25,528 nt of DNA from Candidatus Thorarchaeota archaeon (GCA_016840855.1 JAEORO010000036.1:1-25528); one strand, 5' to 3'. Counted from the first letter of the stretch, positions 16,835-25,286 are shown. Numbers and translations: made by a program. Notes: a model not told the origin generated them from the letters alone.

Positions 16835-18556
16835 TTACTTATGTAGAATTTTACTTAAGAGTCTCAGAACCGGGATGCCAATTAAGAGTGCAAGGTTTAA
16901 AGTCATCAAACTGATAACAATAATTCCAAAGATGCCGCCTCCAAGTGAAACAAAGAACCATATCGGGATTGGTATTGAATCAACCAAACTTGAGTTCAAT
17001 AAATGAGTTAGCCAATCTATGCCTAACAGCCTTGGTCCAATCCAACTCATTATTGATGCTACTACAAACCCAACAACAAATCCAAGGGCTTTTGATTCTC
17101 GTCCTGCAGTAACTCTTCCTCCAAAAACTTTTACTGGATTCATGAGGTTTTCTGGATCCAGTTTGTTCTTCATGACTTTTAGTGCTCTATAATTCTCGGA
17201 GCCATAGAATTTCTCAGCATGTCTACTATTCCAGAGCCCCACAGCATACGGAAGTCCGCCAAAACGCTCTGCTAGTGTAGCTATTCGGAAAGATCGTTGC
17301 CAGCCAATAGTGAAGGACATACTCCTCCGTTCGTCATCAAGAATCCAAACCATAAATGACGTATTTCCATCGTTACTCAGTGTACCTTCAATTGCAACTT
17401 TTGATTTCCGAAGTTCATCTTTTGTTTCATCAAGAATTTCGGGCAGCATTTTCAATGGAGCAAGCATTTCTGCAGGTACAAGACTTGGTCCAAGACGTTT
17501 GATTCTTAGTGGATAGAGCCGCTCATTCCAATAGAACCAAGCTCTTTCATCAGTCAGTCTTGTTCCTTTTTCCTCTCGTAGGATACTTTGAATCCTGTCA
17601 CTGTTTTCTTCATTTTGAAAAATCGTATTAAGAAGAGCTCCTGTGAGTATGTACTTACCATGCTCTAATTCATTAGCTTGGAGAGCTCTTAATTTAGATG
17701 TATAGTTGTCTGCTAGAAATCTCAAGTAGTACGGTTGAATTTCCGAGATTATTCTAGTTGACGCATTTACTAAATCTCCAATAGATTCGAAGGAACACGC
17801 AAAAGGGATAAGCTGTAAATTTGGTATTGTTTTTAGTGTTGCCTTTGTTATTATACCAAGGGTTCCATATGTACCAGTAATCAACTTGGTTTCTTGTTCT
17901 GGTGTTCCAAGTCCTGTTGCGAGTAGCTCATCTGCCAGCCATCGATTCCCCTTCTCCGCTCTCTCTTGAAGAACGTCCATGTTTGGATCTAAAAGGACTT
18001 TACCAAGCCTTACAATTTTCCCATTGGGAAGTACTGCTTCGATTCCAAGAACCTGTTTCAGAATATCACCATGACGCGTTGATCCAATACCCAGTCCTCC
18101 ACTCGCAATAAACCCACCAACAGTTGCCGCTATTGCACTTGATGGATAGACTGGTAGGGTGAAGCCAAGACGTTCAAGGAAAGACAATAAGTCTCTCCAA
18201 GTTATTCCAGTTTCCACCGTGACTGCTTGTTCATACTCGTTGAAGTATAAAATATTGGACATCCTTGATAAACTGACACAAATTCCGCCCTGTGTTGGAA
18301 TCGAGCCTCCCCACCCTGAAGTTCCATTCCCTCGAGGGACCATAGGTATCCGATTATCACGAGCGTACCAGACTAAATTTTGAAGCGATAAGACATCAAC
18401 AGGTTGAGTTACAACGTCGAATTTAGGACTCACAATTTGATATGCAATATCAGGCAGACTTGTGACATCTTTAGAGTATATCATACAAGTTTCATGAGTT
18501 GTAGATACGTTATCAGCTCCAACAATATCCCCGATACGCATCTCGTCAATCTTCAC
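16835..18556 (-). CDS. FAD-binding oxidoreductase of VAO/PCMH fold with a C-terminal membrane anchor, subtype B
   Basis: PRGNGTSGWGG, YPSSAIAATVGGF, RLYPLRIKRLGPSL and LDPENLMNP, followed by hydrophobic helices. The GTG start overlaps the upstream TGA. Confidence 0.9.
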   Translation of the reverse strand: MKIDEMRIGDIVGADNVSTTHETCMIYSKDVTSLPDIAYQIVSPKFDVVTQPVDVLSLQNLVWYARDNRIPMVPRGNGTSGWGGSIPTQGGICVSLSRMSNILYFNEYEQAVTVETGITWRDLLSFLERLGFTLPVYPSSAIAATVGGFIASGGLGIGSTRHGDILKQVLGIEAVLPNGKIVRLGKVLLDPNMDVLQERAEKGNRWLADELLATGLGTPEQETKLITGTYGTLGIITKATLKTIPNLQLIPFACSFESIGDLVNASTRIISEIQPYYLRFLADNYTSKLRALQANELEHGKYILTGALLNTIFQNEENSDRIQSILREEKGTRLTDERAWFYWNERLYPLRIKRLGPSLVPAEMLAPLKMLPEILDETKDELRKSKVAIEGTLSNDGNTSFMVWILDDERRSMSFTIGWQRSFRIATLAERFGGLPYAVGLWNSRHAEKFYGSENYRALKVMKNKLDPENLMNPVKVFGGRVTAGRESKALGFVVGFVVASIMSWIGPRLLGIDWLTHLLNSSLVDSIPIPIWFFVSLGGGIFGIIVISLMTLNLALLIGIPVLRLLSKILHK

Positions 18557-19746
18557 TGATCTCCTTCACCTCCTAAATCCTTAGGTAACAGAGAATCAGC
18601 TACAATCTCCGTGATATCTTGCACCTGCATTTCATATCCCGTAGTGAATTTTGCTAAGTCAAATGCAAGTATACAACGTGGGCATTCAGTGATTATTCGT
18701 GAGGCTGGAGTAACTGTTGCGTCTCTGAGACGCATCTCAGCTATCCTAGATGAGAGGAGTGGGTCAACAACATTTAACAAACCATGTGCTCCACAACACC
18801 TTGTACTCTGTCTAGAGGGGTTCATCTCAACATTATAGACTCCAGGGATATCCTCGATGACCTCTCTCGGTTCTTCAGTTGCCTTTAATACTCTCGCGGC
18901 TATGCAGGGGTCATGAAATGTTACAGTAACCATTGGCTGCTCTTCGAATTTGAGTCGTCCCTCTCGACTAAGACGGTTGATAAATTGAGACGCAGTCAAA
19001 AGTTCAATACTGTTCTCTTCTTTGAGATATTTACTATACTCTGACCAAGTCTGTATGCATGATGGACAGCTGAACACAACAGTTTCTACGCCAAGATCGC
19101 GTATAATACTTAGATTCTTTTCAGCCATTTCATTGATGCCCTCAAAATTACCCGCCCAGCCTAGAGGAGCACCACAACAAATTTCCTTGTCCGCTAGTAG
19201 TGTATAGTCAATGTTTGCATAATCCATTATCTTTACCATTGATTTCGCAACATTATGTAGCTGCGATTTGAGTGAAACATTGCAACCAAGAAAATAAGCT
19301 ACCTTAGCTGGTTTGAGGATATGATCCTTGACAGTTTCTTCTATTTCTTCCATCCAAAGGAGTCTATCTGCTGCTCCCATCCACATAATGTCACCCTTGG
19401 ATTTGAGGGAATCTAAGACGAATTTTGCAGGCTCGGGCAATAATCCTCGTTGTCTCACCTCCGCGCGTGTGATTTCCCAGAATCTATCAAGACTAATCCC
19501 AGTTGTACAGACCGAAGTGCAGTGTTCGCAAAGATTGCATAGAAAAATCTTATTCGCGAAATCTTCACCAAACTCGCCTTCGCCTTCAATGATTGATTTC
19601 ACAATGTGAAGCTTTCCTCTTGGACCGTAAGACTCCCATCTGAGGTCTCGAAATACTGGACAAACTAGAGTGCAGTTACCACAAGAGGCACAAACATACG
19701 GTTCATCTTCTTGTCTGTACCTTTCTAGAAAGTCCATTTTGGTCAT
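18553..19746 (-). CDS. GlcF/HdrD-like Fe-S protein (2x[4Fe-4S] plus two CCG domains)
   Basis: CASCGNCTLVCP, GPRGK and CNLCEHCTSVC; GC..CCG..CPSC and HDPC..CCG..CPRC. Start moved to ATG 19746 because GGTGA lies at 19758-19754. Confidence 0.92.
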   Translation of the reverse strand: MTKMDFLERYRQEDEPYVCASCGNCTLVCPVFRDLRWESYGPRGKLHIVKSIIEGEGEFGEDFANKIFLCNLCEHCTSVCTTGISLDRFWEITRAEVRQRGLLPEPAKFVLDSLKSKGDIMWMGAADRLLWMEEIEETVKDHILKPAKVAYFLGCNVSLKSQLHNVAKSMVKIMDYANIDYTLLADKEICCGAPLGWAGNFEGINEMAEKNLSIIRDLGVETVVFSCPSCIQTWSEYSKYLKEENSIELLTASQFINRLSREGRLKFEEQPMVTVTFHDPCIAARVLKATEEPREVIEDIPGVYNVEMNPSRQSTRCCGAHGLLNVVDPLLSSRIAEMRLRDATVTPASRIITECPRCILAFDLAKFTTGYEMQVQDITEIVADSLLPKDLGGEGDQ

Positions 19747-19783
19747 CGAGATTTCACCATGAAGTGATGACAATTAACGAAAT

Positions 19784-19852
19784 GTCTGATGTGAAGTTAA
19801 CAGTTATGCCAAGGGCAGTTTCACCCTTGACACAACTCATAGTTGATCAGAC
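19784..19852 (-). other. Intercistronic RNA stem-loop
   Basis: On the minus strand AGUUGUGUCAAGGG pairs with CCCUUGGCAUAACU (14 bp including two G-U pairs, 8-nt loop, 19802-19837). It is enclosed by a 7-bp outer stem GUCUGAU/AUCAGAC. Confidence 0.6.
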
Positions 19853-21196
19853 CTACTTCAAGTCTTCAATCATTTCACCAGCACATGCAATACCTGACTT
19901 CGAAGATGCTTCCATGGATGCATAGTACATGCCACAGTTTGCATATTCCCCTGCTACATAAAGCCCTTCGACTCCAGTACGGTTAGTTGTAAGACGCTGG
20001 TCCATTATTCCAGGTGGTTGTTTGAGGATTGATTTCCAAATCTTCCAGCTCTTTTTCCAGGTGACTTTATCTTTAACACCAGGAATAAGAATCTCAAGTT
20101 CGTCAAGAATTGCTTCTGTTGCCTCCTCATCACTCATCTTAAGGAGCTCCTTGTCGATACCTGTGACTGTTAGAAGAGACTCTCCAATGGGTGCCAGTAC
20201 TCCTGACACTCTCTTCGCTTCAGCAACAATATTGATCTTTCTTTCTGGTACAAATGCACCGACATTGAAATCTAAGACTCGTGATTTCAAACCAAAGTAT
20301 CCAACGGTGCTAGGTGTATACTCAAACTTGGATGTTTTTTCGGTGAATTCTTTTGGCAACTCACTCATTCTAACGAAGTTTGGCAGGAGATCGATTGGAG
20401 TAGACAGGACAACAGCATCCGTATCCATATGTTTGCTCTCTCCATCTTGTTCATAGTCAACCCCAACCACTTTTCCATCTTCAATGATTACCTGCTTTAC
20501 AGCACAGTTGACCTGTGGTTCAACTCCAAAGTTACGGGCTTGAAGCATGAGTGTATATGCGACACTGCCTAATCCACCTCTCTCAGGATACATAGCACTG
20601 AATCCATCTTCATATGCGAATCTAAGGTGTTCGGAATAGAGGTATTGTCCAGCAGACACCTCATCTGGATTCATGAATGTAACAGTCTTGATTAGTGGCT
20701 CATAGAACTCATTTTGGATGGATTCTGCGATTTTCTTATCCTCTGCATACTCTGTAAAGGTCATCTTATCTAGTTCTTTGAATTCTTCTTTGGATCTCTT
20801 GATGTTCTCTTGAACAAGCAATCCAAGCTTAGCTCTGTCAGCTGCAGGCAATAGACCAAACTTTGCCAACTCAATAGCTGATTTTCGGATAATATGCCTT
20901 TCACCATCTTTGAGCCAGACTGCACCTTCCCCGACAGTGGTCATTTTAACTCCACTCCTTTCTAGAATCGGAATTAGTGATTTGAATCCGCCAACGAAGA
21001 AGTGTAATCCTTGGTCAAAGACATAGCCTGATTCCGTGTATGACCTGGCACGACCACCAACAGTCTTTTCTTTCTCAAGAATTGTGCATCGGGCTTTGAG
21101 ACCCTTTAATTCAAGTGCACAGCTGAATCCAGCTATACCACCGCCAACAATGACAACACGTGTCCCTTTTTCTTTACTCATAAGTGATATCTCCAC
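19853..21196 (-). CDS. FAD-dependent oxidoreductase of the amine oxidase / phytoene desaturase / HpnE superfamily
   Basis: Rossmann motif VVIVGGGIAG, then E....VGGRARS, DQGLHFF and C-terminal GLYVAGEY...ASMEASSKSG. The start may be ATG 21181. Confidence 0.82.
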   Translation of the reverse strand: MEISLMSKEKGTRVVIVGGGIAGFSCALELKGLKARCTILEKEKTVGGRARSYTESGYVFDQGLHFFVGGFKSLIPILERSGVKMTTVGEGAVWLKDGERHIIRKSAIELAKFGLLPAADRAKLGLLVQENIKRSKEEFKELDKMTFTEYAEDKKIAESIQNEFYEPLIKTVTFMNPDEVSAGQYLYSEHLRFAYEDGFSAMYPERGGLGSVAYTLMLQARNFGVEPQVNCAVKQVIIEDGKVVGVDYEQDGESKHMDTDAVVLSTPIDLLPNFVRMSELPKEFTEKTSKFEYTPSTVGYFGLKSRVLDFNVGAFVPERKINIVAEAKRVSGVLAPIGESLLTVTGIDKELLKMSDEEATEAILDELEILIPGVKDKVTWKKSWKIWKSILKQPPGIMDQRLTTNRTGVEGLYVAGEYANCGMYYASMEASSKSGIACAGEMIEDLK

Positions 21197-21216
21197 TTTT
21201 CTCTTGTTAATTCTTC

Positions 21217-22341
21217 CTACTCCTCCACCTGAGACGGTCGAGCTTTATCAAGGATTAGCTCATCAAGCTGGATTACTTCCAGATTTGTTTCCCTAGCATT
21301 GTAACTCAGATTCTTATAACATGACACACAGGTCGTAATGATTCCGTCTACGCCTAGCTCCTCTGCTTCAGCAACGCGTCGTCGTCCAACAGACTCAGAA
21401 AGGTCTGGATCTAAAACCGTAAGAAAGCCACCACAACAGTTTGAGTTTTCACGATTGTTCTTCATCTCCACCAATTCAAGACCAGGAACTGCTTGAATTA
21501 TTTCACGTGGGGGCTCATAAATTCCAAGAGCTCTTCCCAAGTGACAGCTGTCGTGGAATGTGTATTTACCTTCTAGACCCTCAAAAGTTAGAACGCCATT
21601 TCGTACCATGTCAGCTAAAACTTCCACTGTGTGGAGTATCTTAATGTCGAACTCAGGGATAATATGCGGATAGTGTTCTGCTAACGTACCATAACATCCT
21701 CCACAACCAGTGACTATGTGATCCACACCTGCTTTCTTGAACATTTCATAGTTCTTTCGTACCACTTCTGCAAATCCTTCGTCGTCACCAGCCCAATAAT
21801 TGAACAAGCCACAACATACTTCCTTTGGAACATATCCTGCATTGACTTTCAATTTGTGGAGCATATCGACCACTGTTTCAGGTTGGTCCGGATACCAGAA
21901 TGAGCCCATGCATCCAGAGAAGATTGCTGTATTTGATTCAGGAGGGAGTTCCAAATCTTCAGCCCAAACAGTTCTATCTTCAGACTCGTATCCGATAAAT
22001 GGAGTCCCTTCCTTCTCAATCCAATCGAGAACTTTCTGAAGCGGCTCTGACATTTCTGCTCCTGTCTTTAGAAGCTGACCTTTTGCATCATGCCATATGT
22101 CTGTCACAGGAACTCCTGCAGGGCAGATTGCCTCACATCGTCTACAATCAGCACAATACAGCCGCTGTAGAAGCTCAACTGGTGGATTTCTCATCTTCGT
22201 AGCGTATGCTCGAAGAGCTCGAAGTTTTCCTCCAGGACTATCAAGCTCTGATTTTAGCTCAATATACATTGGACAAGTATCTCTACAGTAATTACAAGAA
22301 CCACAGTTGCGTAGTACTTCTGCTAGGTTATCTATATTCAT
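21217..22341 (-). CDS. GlcF/HdrD-like Fe-S protein (2x[4Fe-4S] plus two CCG domains)
   Basis: CGSCNYCRDTCP and CADCRRCEAICP; GC..CCG..CGGC and HDSC..CCGG..CVSC. Confidence 0.93.
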   Translation of the reverse strand: MNIDNLAEVLRNCGSCNYCRDTCPMYIELKSELDSPGGKLRALRAYATKMRNPPVELLQRLYCADCRRCEAICPAGVPVTDIWHDAKGQLLKTGAEMSEPLQKVLDWIEKEGTPFIGYESEDRTVWAEDLELPPESNTAIFSGCMGSFWYPDQPETVVDMLHKLKVNAGYVPKEVCCGLFNYWAGDDEGFAEVVRKNYEMFKKAGVDHIVTGCGGCYGTLAEHYPHIIPEFDIKILHTVEVLADMVRNGVLTFEGLEGKYTFHDSCHLGRALGIYEPPREIIQAVPGLELVEMKNNRENSNCCGGFLTVLDPDLSESVGRRRVAEAEELGVDGIITTCVSCYKNLSYNARETNLEVIQLDELILDKARPSQVEE

Positions 22342-22350
22342 TTTTACACC

Positions 22351-23820
22351 TCACTTACCCACATATCTTGATAGCCTCCGGAATGCGGCGGCTAATGCAA
22401 ATAGTAAATCTATCCTTCTGAAAGAAGTCAAACAAGTTGTTACTCTATCTGGATTCATGATTCCCTCAGGGTCCCACTTGGCTTTGGCTTCCTTCATTTC
22501 TACTAATCGATCTGGATATGCACGTGCCATATAGATTGAATTTTGAAGTCCAATCGTATATGGAACTCCTCCAGATTTGATAGCTTTTTTCATCATCTTA
22601 TGCAAGATTCCCTTGCTTGAAATGAACTTCAGGTATTGAGCAGCATCTATCATTGCCATTAGCTCAAGTCGCATGGCATCTGGTGTGCCCAGCATGCCAA
22701 ACCACAAAGCTGGAATTTTGTGAGATCTGCGGTATGACTCATATGCAGCGAGCATCTCATGCACTTTCTCTGTAGGCACCCACAGTTCTTGGAACATCAG
22801 AGTTTCAGTATGTTCCTTTGGATTGAATTCAGCATCGTATCTGAGTTCCCATTCTTTTTCAGAGAATTCCTCTCCGAGAAAGACTCCTGAATTGTCACCA
22901 GCAATGACATTGAGATCTTCAGATGGTATATCGGAGGGTGTGTCTATATAGGTCACAGTCAGAACATATTTCCCATCTTCAAGTGGATTGCTGTACTTTA
23001 GAAGTTCATCGTCTGCAATCTTTAGATAAATTGGTTTCTTCTCTAGCTCTGCTGTTGCTCTCATTGCATTGCAGAGTCCTTCCAATTCCCTGAATCCATA
23101 GCTGAATGTTTTGTATCCTTTGGGTTTCTCATGCACTCGAAGTGTAATCTCAAAAATGATTCCAAGTATGCCATACGAGTGCAAGAAAAGGTCAATCTCA
23201 TCATTCTCGATGGTATTTTTCGTTCCATCTCCTCCGATGACTGAGAGTGAGAGAGTGTGATCTCTGAGTGACCCATAATATGGAGTTCCTATACCTCCTC
23301 TACCCCCACATGCTATCCAGCCACCTATAACTGCTGACTTCGCACTTGACGGGTAGATTCCAAATGTCAACCCATGTTTCTCTAGTTCGTTCTCGAGTCT
23401 ATCGAAGGTGACTCCTGGCTCAACACGAACAAACATTGACTTTTTGTTGATCTCTAGGATTTTATTCATGGGTTTGATATCGAGTGATATTCCACCGCGA
23501 GTTGGACTAGATGAGCTCATGCAACTTGAAGCTCCACCACGAGGTACAACAGGTATTTTGTGCTGACGGGCAATCTTCAGTACCTCTTCTATCTCATTGA
23601 CATTCTCTACTCTGACTACATAATCCGCGAGGTATTTTGCTTTCCACCGATAGTGATATTGAGGAAGAACAGCAGGGTCACCACTATACACTACTCGTTC
23701 TAGTTCGGAATCTGAAACTCTCTCCTCACCAACAATCTCGACTAGCTTGTCAAGCACAGTTGCTTCGGTTTTCACGATTGGTTGTGGGTCAGGTACATTT
23801 CCTAAATCTGTTTCAGTCAT
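22351..23820 (-). CDS. FAD-binding oxidoreductase of VAO/PCMH (GlcD-like) fold, subtype A
   Basis: PRGGASS, YPSSAKSAVIGGW, SYGILGII and WDPEGIMNP. Shares YHYRWK with 10496-11974. Confidence 0.9.
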   Translation of the reverse strand: MTETDLGNVPDPQPIVKTEATVLDKLVEIVGEERVSDSELERVVYSGDPAVLPQYHYRWKAKYLADYVVRVENVNEIEEVLKIARQHKIPVVPRGGASSCMSSSSPTRGGISLDIKPMNKILEINKKSMFVRVEPGVTFDRLENELEKHGLTFGIYPSSAKSAVIGGWIACGGRGGIGTPYYGSLRDHTLSLSVIGGDGTKNTIENDEIDLFLHSYGILGIIFEITLRVHEKPKGYKTFSYGFRELEGLCNAMRATAELEKKPIYLKIADDELLKYSNPLEDGKYVLTVTYIDTPSDIPSEDLNVIAGDNSGVFLGEEFSEKEWELRYDAEFNPKEHTETLMFQELWVPTEKVHEMLAAYESYRRSHKIPALWFGMLGTPDAMRLELMAMIDAAQYLKFISSKGILHKMMKKAIKSGGVPYTIGLQNSIYMARAYPDRLVEMKEAKAKWDPEGIMNPDRVTTCLTSFRRIDLLFALAAAFRRLSRYVGK

Positions 23821-23830
23821 CTAAACCACC

Positions 23831-25042
23831 TCACGGAACAAAGACTTCTCCAAGATAGACTCCCATTATTCCAAGTATTGTCCACAAAACTACTGCAGGA
23901 AGACCAAGATTGCATGTTTTCCACCCACCAAGATGTGTCAAAAGCGCGAGGGAACCAAGAATCATGCTAATTATTCCAAGCCAAACATGCCATGCGTGCA
24001 TGAATAACAGCATGTTACTAATGTCTATCAGGAATGCAGGATTCATGACACTCCAGGTGCTGGCAGGCTCCATGAATAGGCTCAATACATTAATCGTCGT
24101 GAGAATGTACGCCAAACCAAGCATGATGCCATGGATTCTGGTGAACCTTTCTTCATCATAATACTCAAGAGCTGTTCCCAGATAAGCTAGAACAAGTGCT
24201 GGTGCTCCAAGTAACCAACCATAGTGAAATTGTGGTAGCTCTATAGGTTCGACGGGAATGTTTCCAACGATATATGATAATGTGGGGCTGATGCTCTCGG
24301 TCCCAGAGGCGTCCATTGCCACAATCCGCCAGAGAACTTCTTGATTATTCGCTAACCCTGGGATTGTTCCAGAATACACACCGACTTCAGTTGTTTCAGT
24401 CATACTGACATTTGTCCAAGTTGCACCATTATTGGTGCTATACTGAAGTCTGACATAGGTTATTGTTTCGGTGGAAGTGACAGAAACTGTGACTGTGAAC
24501 TCTTCATTTGCTCGTGGGACTTCTGGAGTAGTTGAAGGAGACCCAATTGATGGGCCAGGACCTGCTTGAACTACATCGACGGTTATTGATGAACTAATCG
24601 AATAGGGAGTATGCTGAGCAGCAAAAATTGTCAGTGTATAGGTTCCAGCAAATGCAGGAGCTGTGATGTTATAGAATGTATGAATTGCGTTATCGGCCAT
24701 GTCAAGATCTAGTGTGGGATCATTATCTGTAACTAGTCCTGGGTCATCTACATTCATTGGCACTTCTATTGTGAACTCATCATTATTGGCGACTTGACTG
24801 GGAATTCTTAGTACGAATACATCCTGTGAGAGACCAGCCGCAGTGACTTCAACCTGAAAGGTTTCTGATGGGGCCACCTCAATTGATGATATTGTACTTA
24901 TCGAAAGGCCTGTGGAATCGTTATGGCAGGTAGTTGAACAATTACTTTCGGCACTACTATTCGCGAGAACATTTCCAGCTGCAACCATGATGAGGATTAC
25001 TGAAGCAAAAACAACTAGTGCGACTTTGAACTTGTGCCTCAT
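23831..25042 (-). CDS. Exported CX3CH / beta-rich domains fused to a four-TM His-containing membrane domain (putative cytochrome c-cytochrome b fusion)
   Basis: Signal peptide, NSSAESNCSTTCH, two beta-rich domains (the second with LQYSTNNGATW), then four TMs with FHYG, RIHG and MHAWH. GGTGAT RBS. Confidence 0.7.
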   Translation of the reverse strand: MRHKFKVALVVFASVILIMVAAGNVLANSSAESNCSTTCHNDSTGLSISTISSIEVAPSETFQVEVTAAGLSQDVFVLRIPSQVANNDEFTIEVPMNVDDPGLVTDNDPTLDLDMADNAIHTFYNITAPAFAGTYTLTIFAAQHTPYSISSSITVDVVQAGPGPSIGSPSTTPEVPRANEEFTVTVSVTSTETITYVRLQYSTNNGATWTNVSMTETTEVGVYSGTIPGLANNQEVLWRIVAMDASGTESISPTLSYIVGNIPVEPIELPQFHYGWLLGAPALVLAYLGTALEYYDEERFTRIHGIMLGLAYILTTINVLSLFMEPASTWSVMNPAFLIDISNMLLFMHAWHVWLGIISMILGSLALLTHLGGWKTCNLGLPAVVLWTILGIMGVYLGEVFVP

Positions 25043-25132
25043 ATGACAATCACCGACTCTATATCATCGGAATTCTTCTGGATATATCTCCAGGATAATT
25101 GTGTCCGCCAGTAAACGACCCTGCTTAAAATC

Positions 25133-25145
25133 TTACGGAATGTAA
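25133..25145. promoter_or_regulatory. Candidate operator TTRCA-N3-TGYAA (one mismatch)
   Basis: TTACG-GAA-TGTAA, preceded by AAATC exactly as in the perfect copy at 25287. About 90 nt upstream of the first gene of the redox operon. Confidence 0.5.
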
Positions 25146-25286
25146 TAACTCAAACATTTATTACCATTCTGAAGGTTACAATTGTTGCCAATTTTGACGT
25201 ATTTTGACTTCATATGTAACTGAAACAATTGAGCCTCTCAACATATCTAATCCGTGATAGCACATTCATCAATCATCCGTAACCGA

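Noticed and set aside
19784-19852. The hairpin as a SECIS element or a Rho-independent terminator
   Set aside because: The flanking genes are complete, with Cys at all motif positions and no in-frame TGA. No U-tract follows the stem.
9279-23820. Assigning the gene symbols glcD/glcE/glcF, dld or hdrD
   Set aside because: The similarity is at fold level only. The catalytic GEHG motif is missing and orthology cannot be established by eye.
1613-24161. The many 60-160 aa plus-strand ORFs and small nested ORFs across the window (for example 4493-4846, 5842-6165, 7694-8170, 11859-12242, 16737-17006, 20022-20456)
   Set aside because: They overlap well-supported genes on the opposite strand or in another frame and show no recognisable domains.
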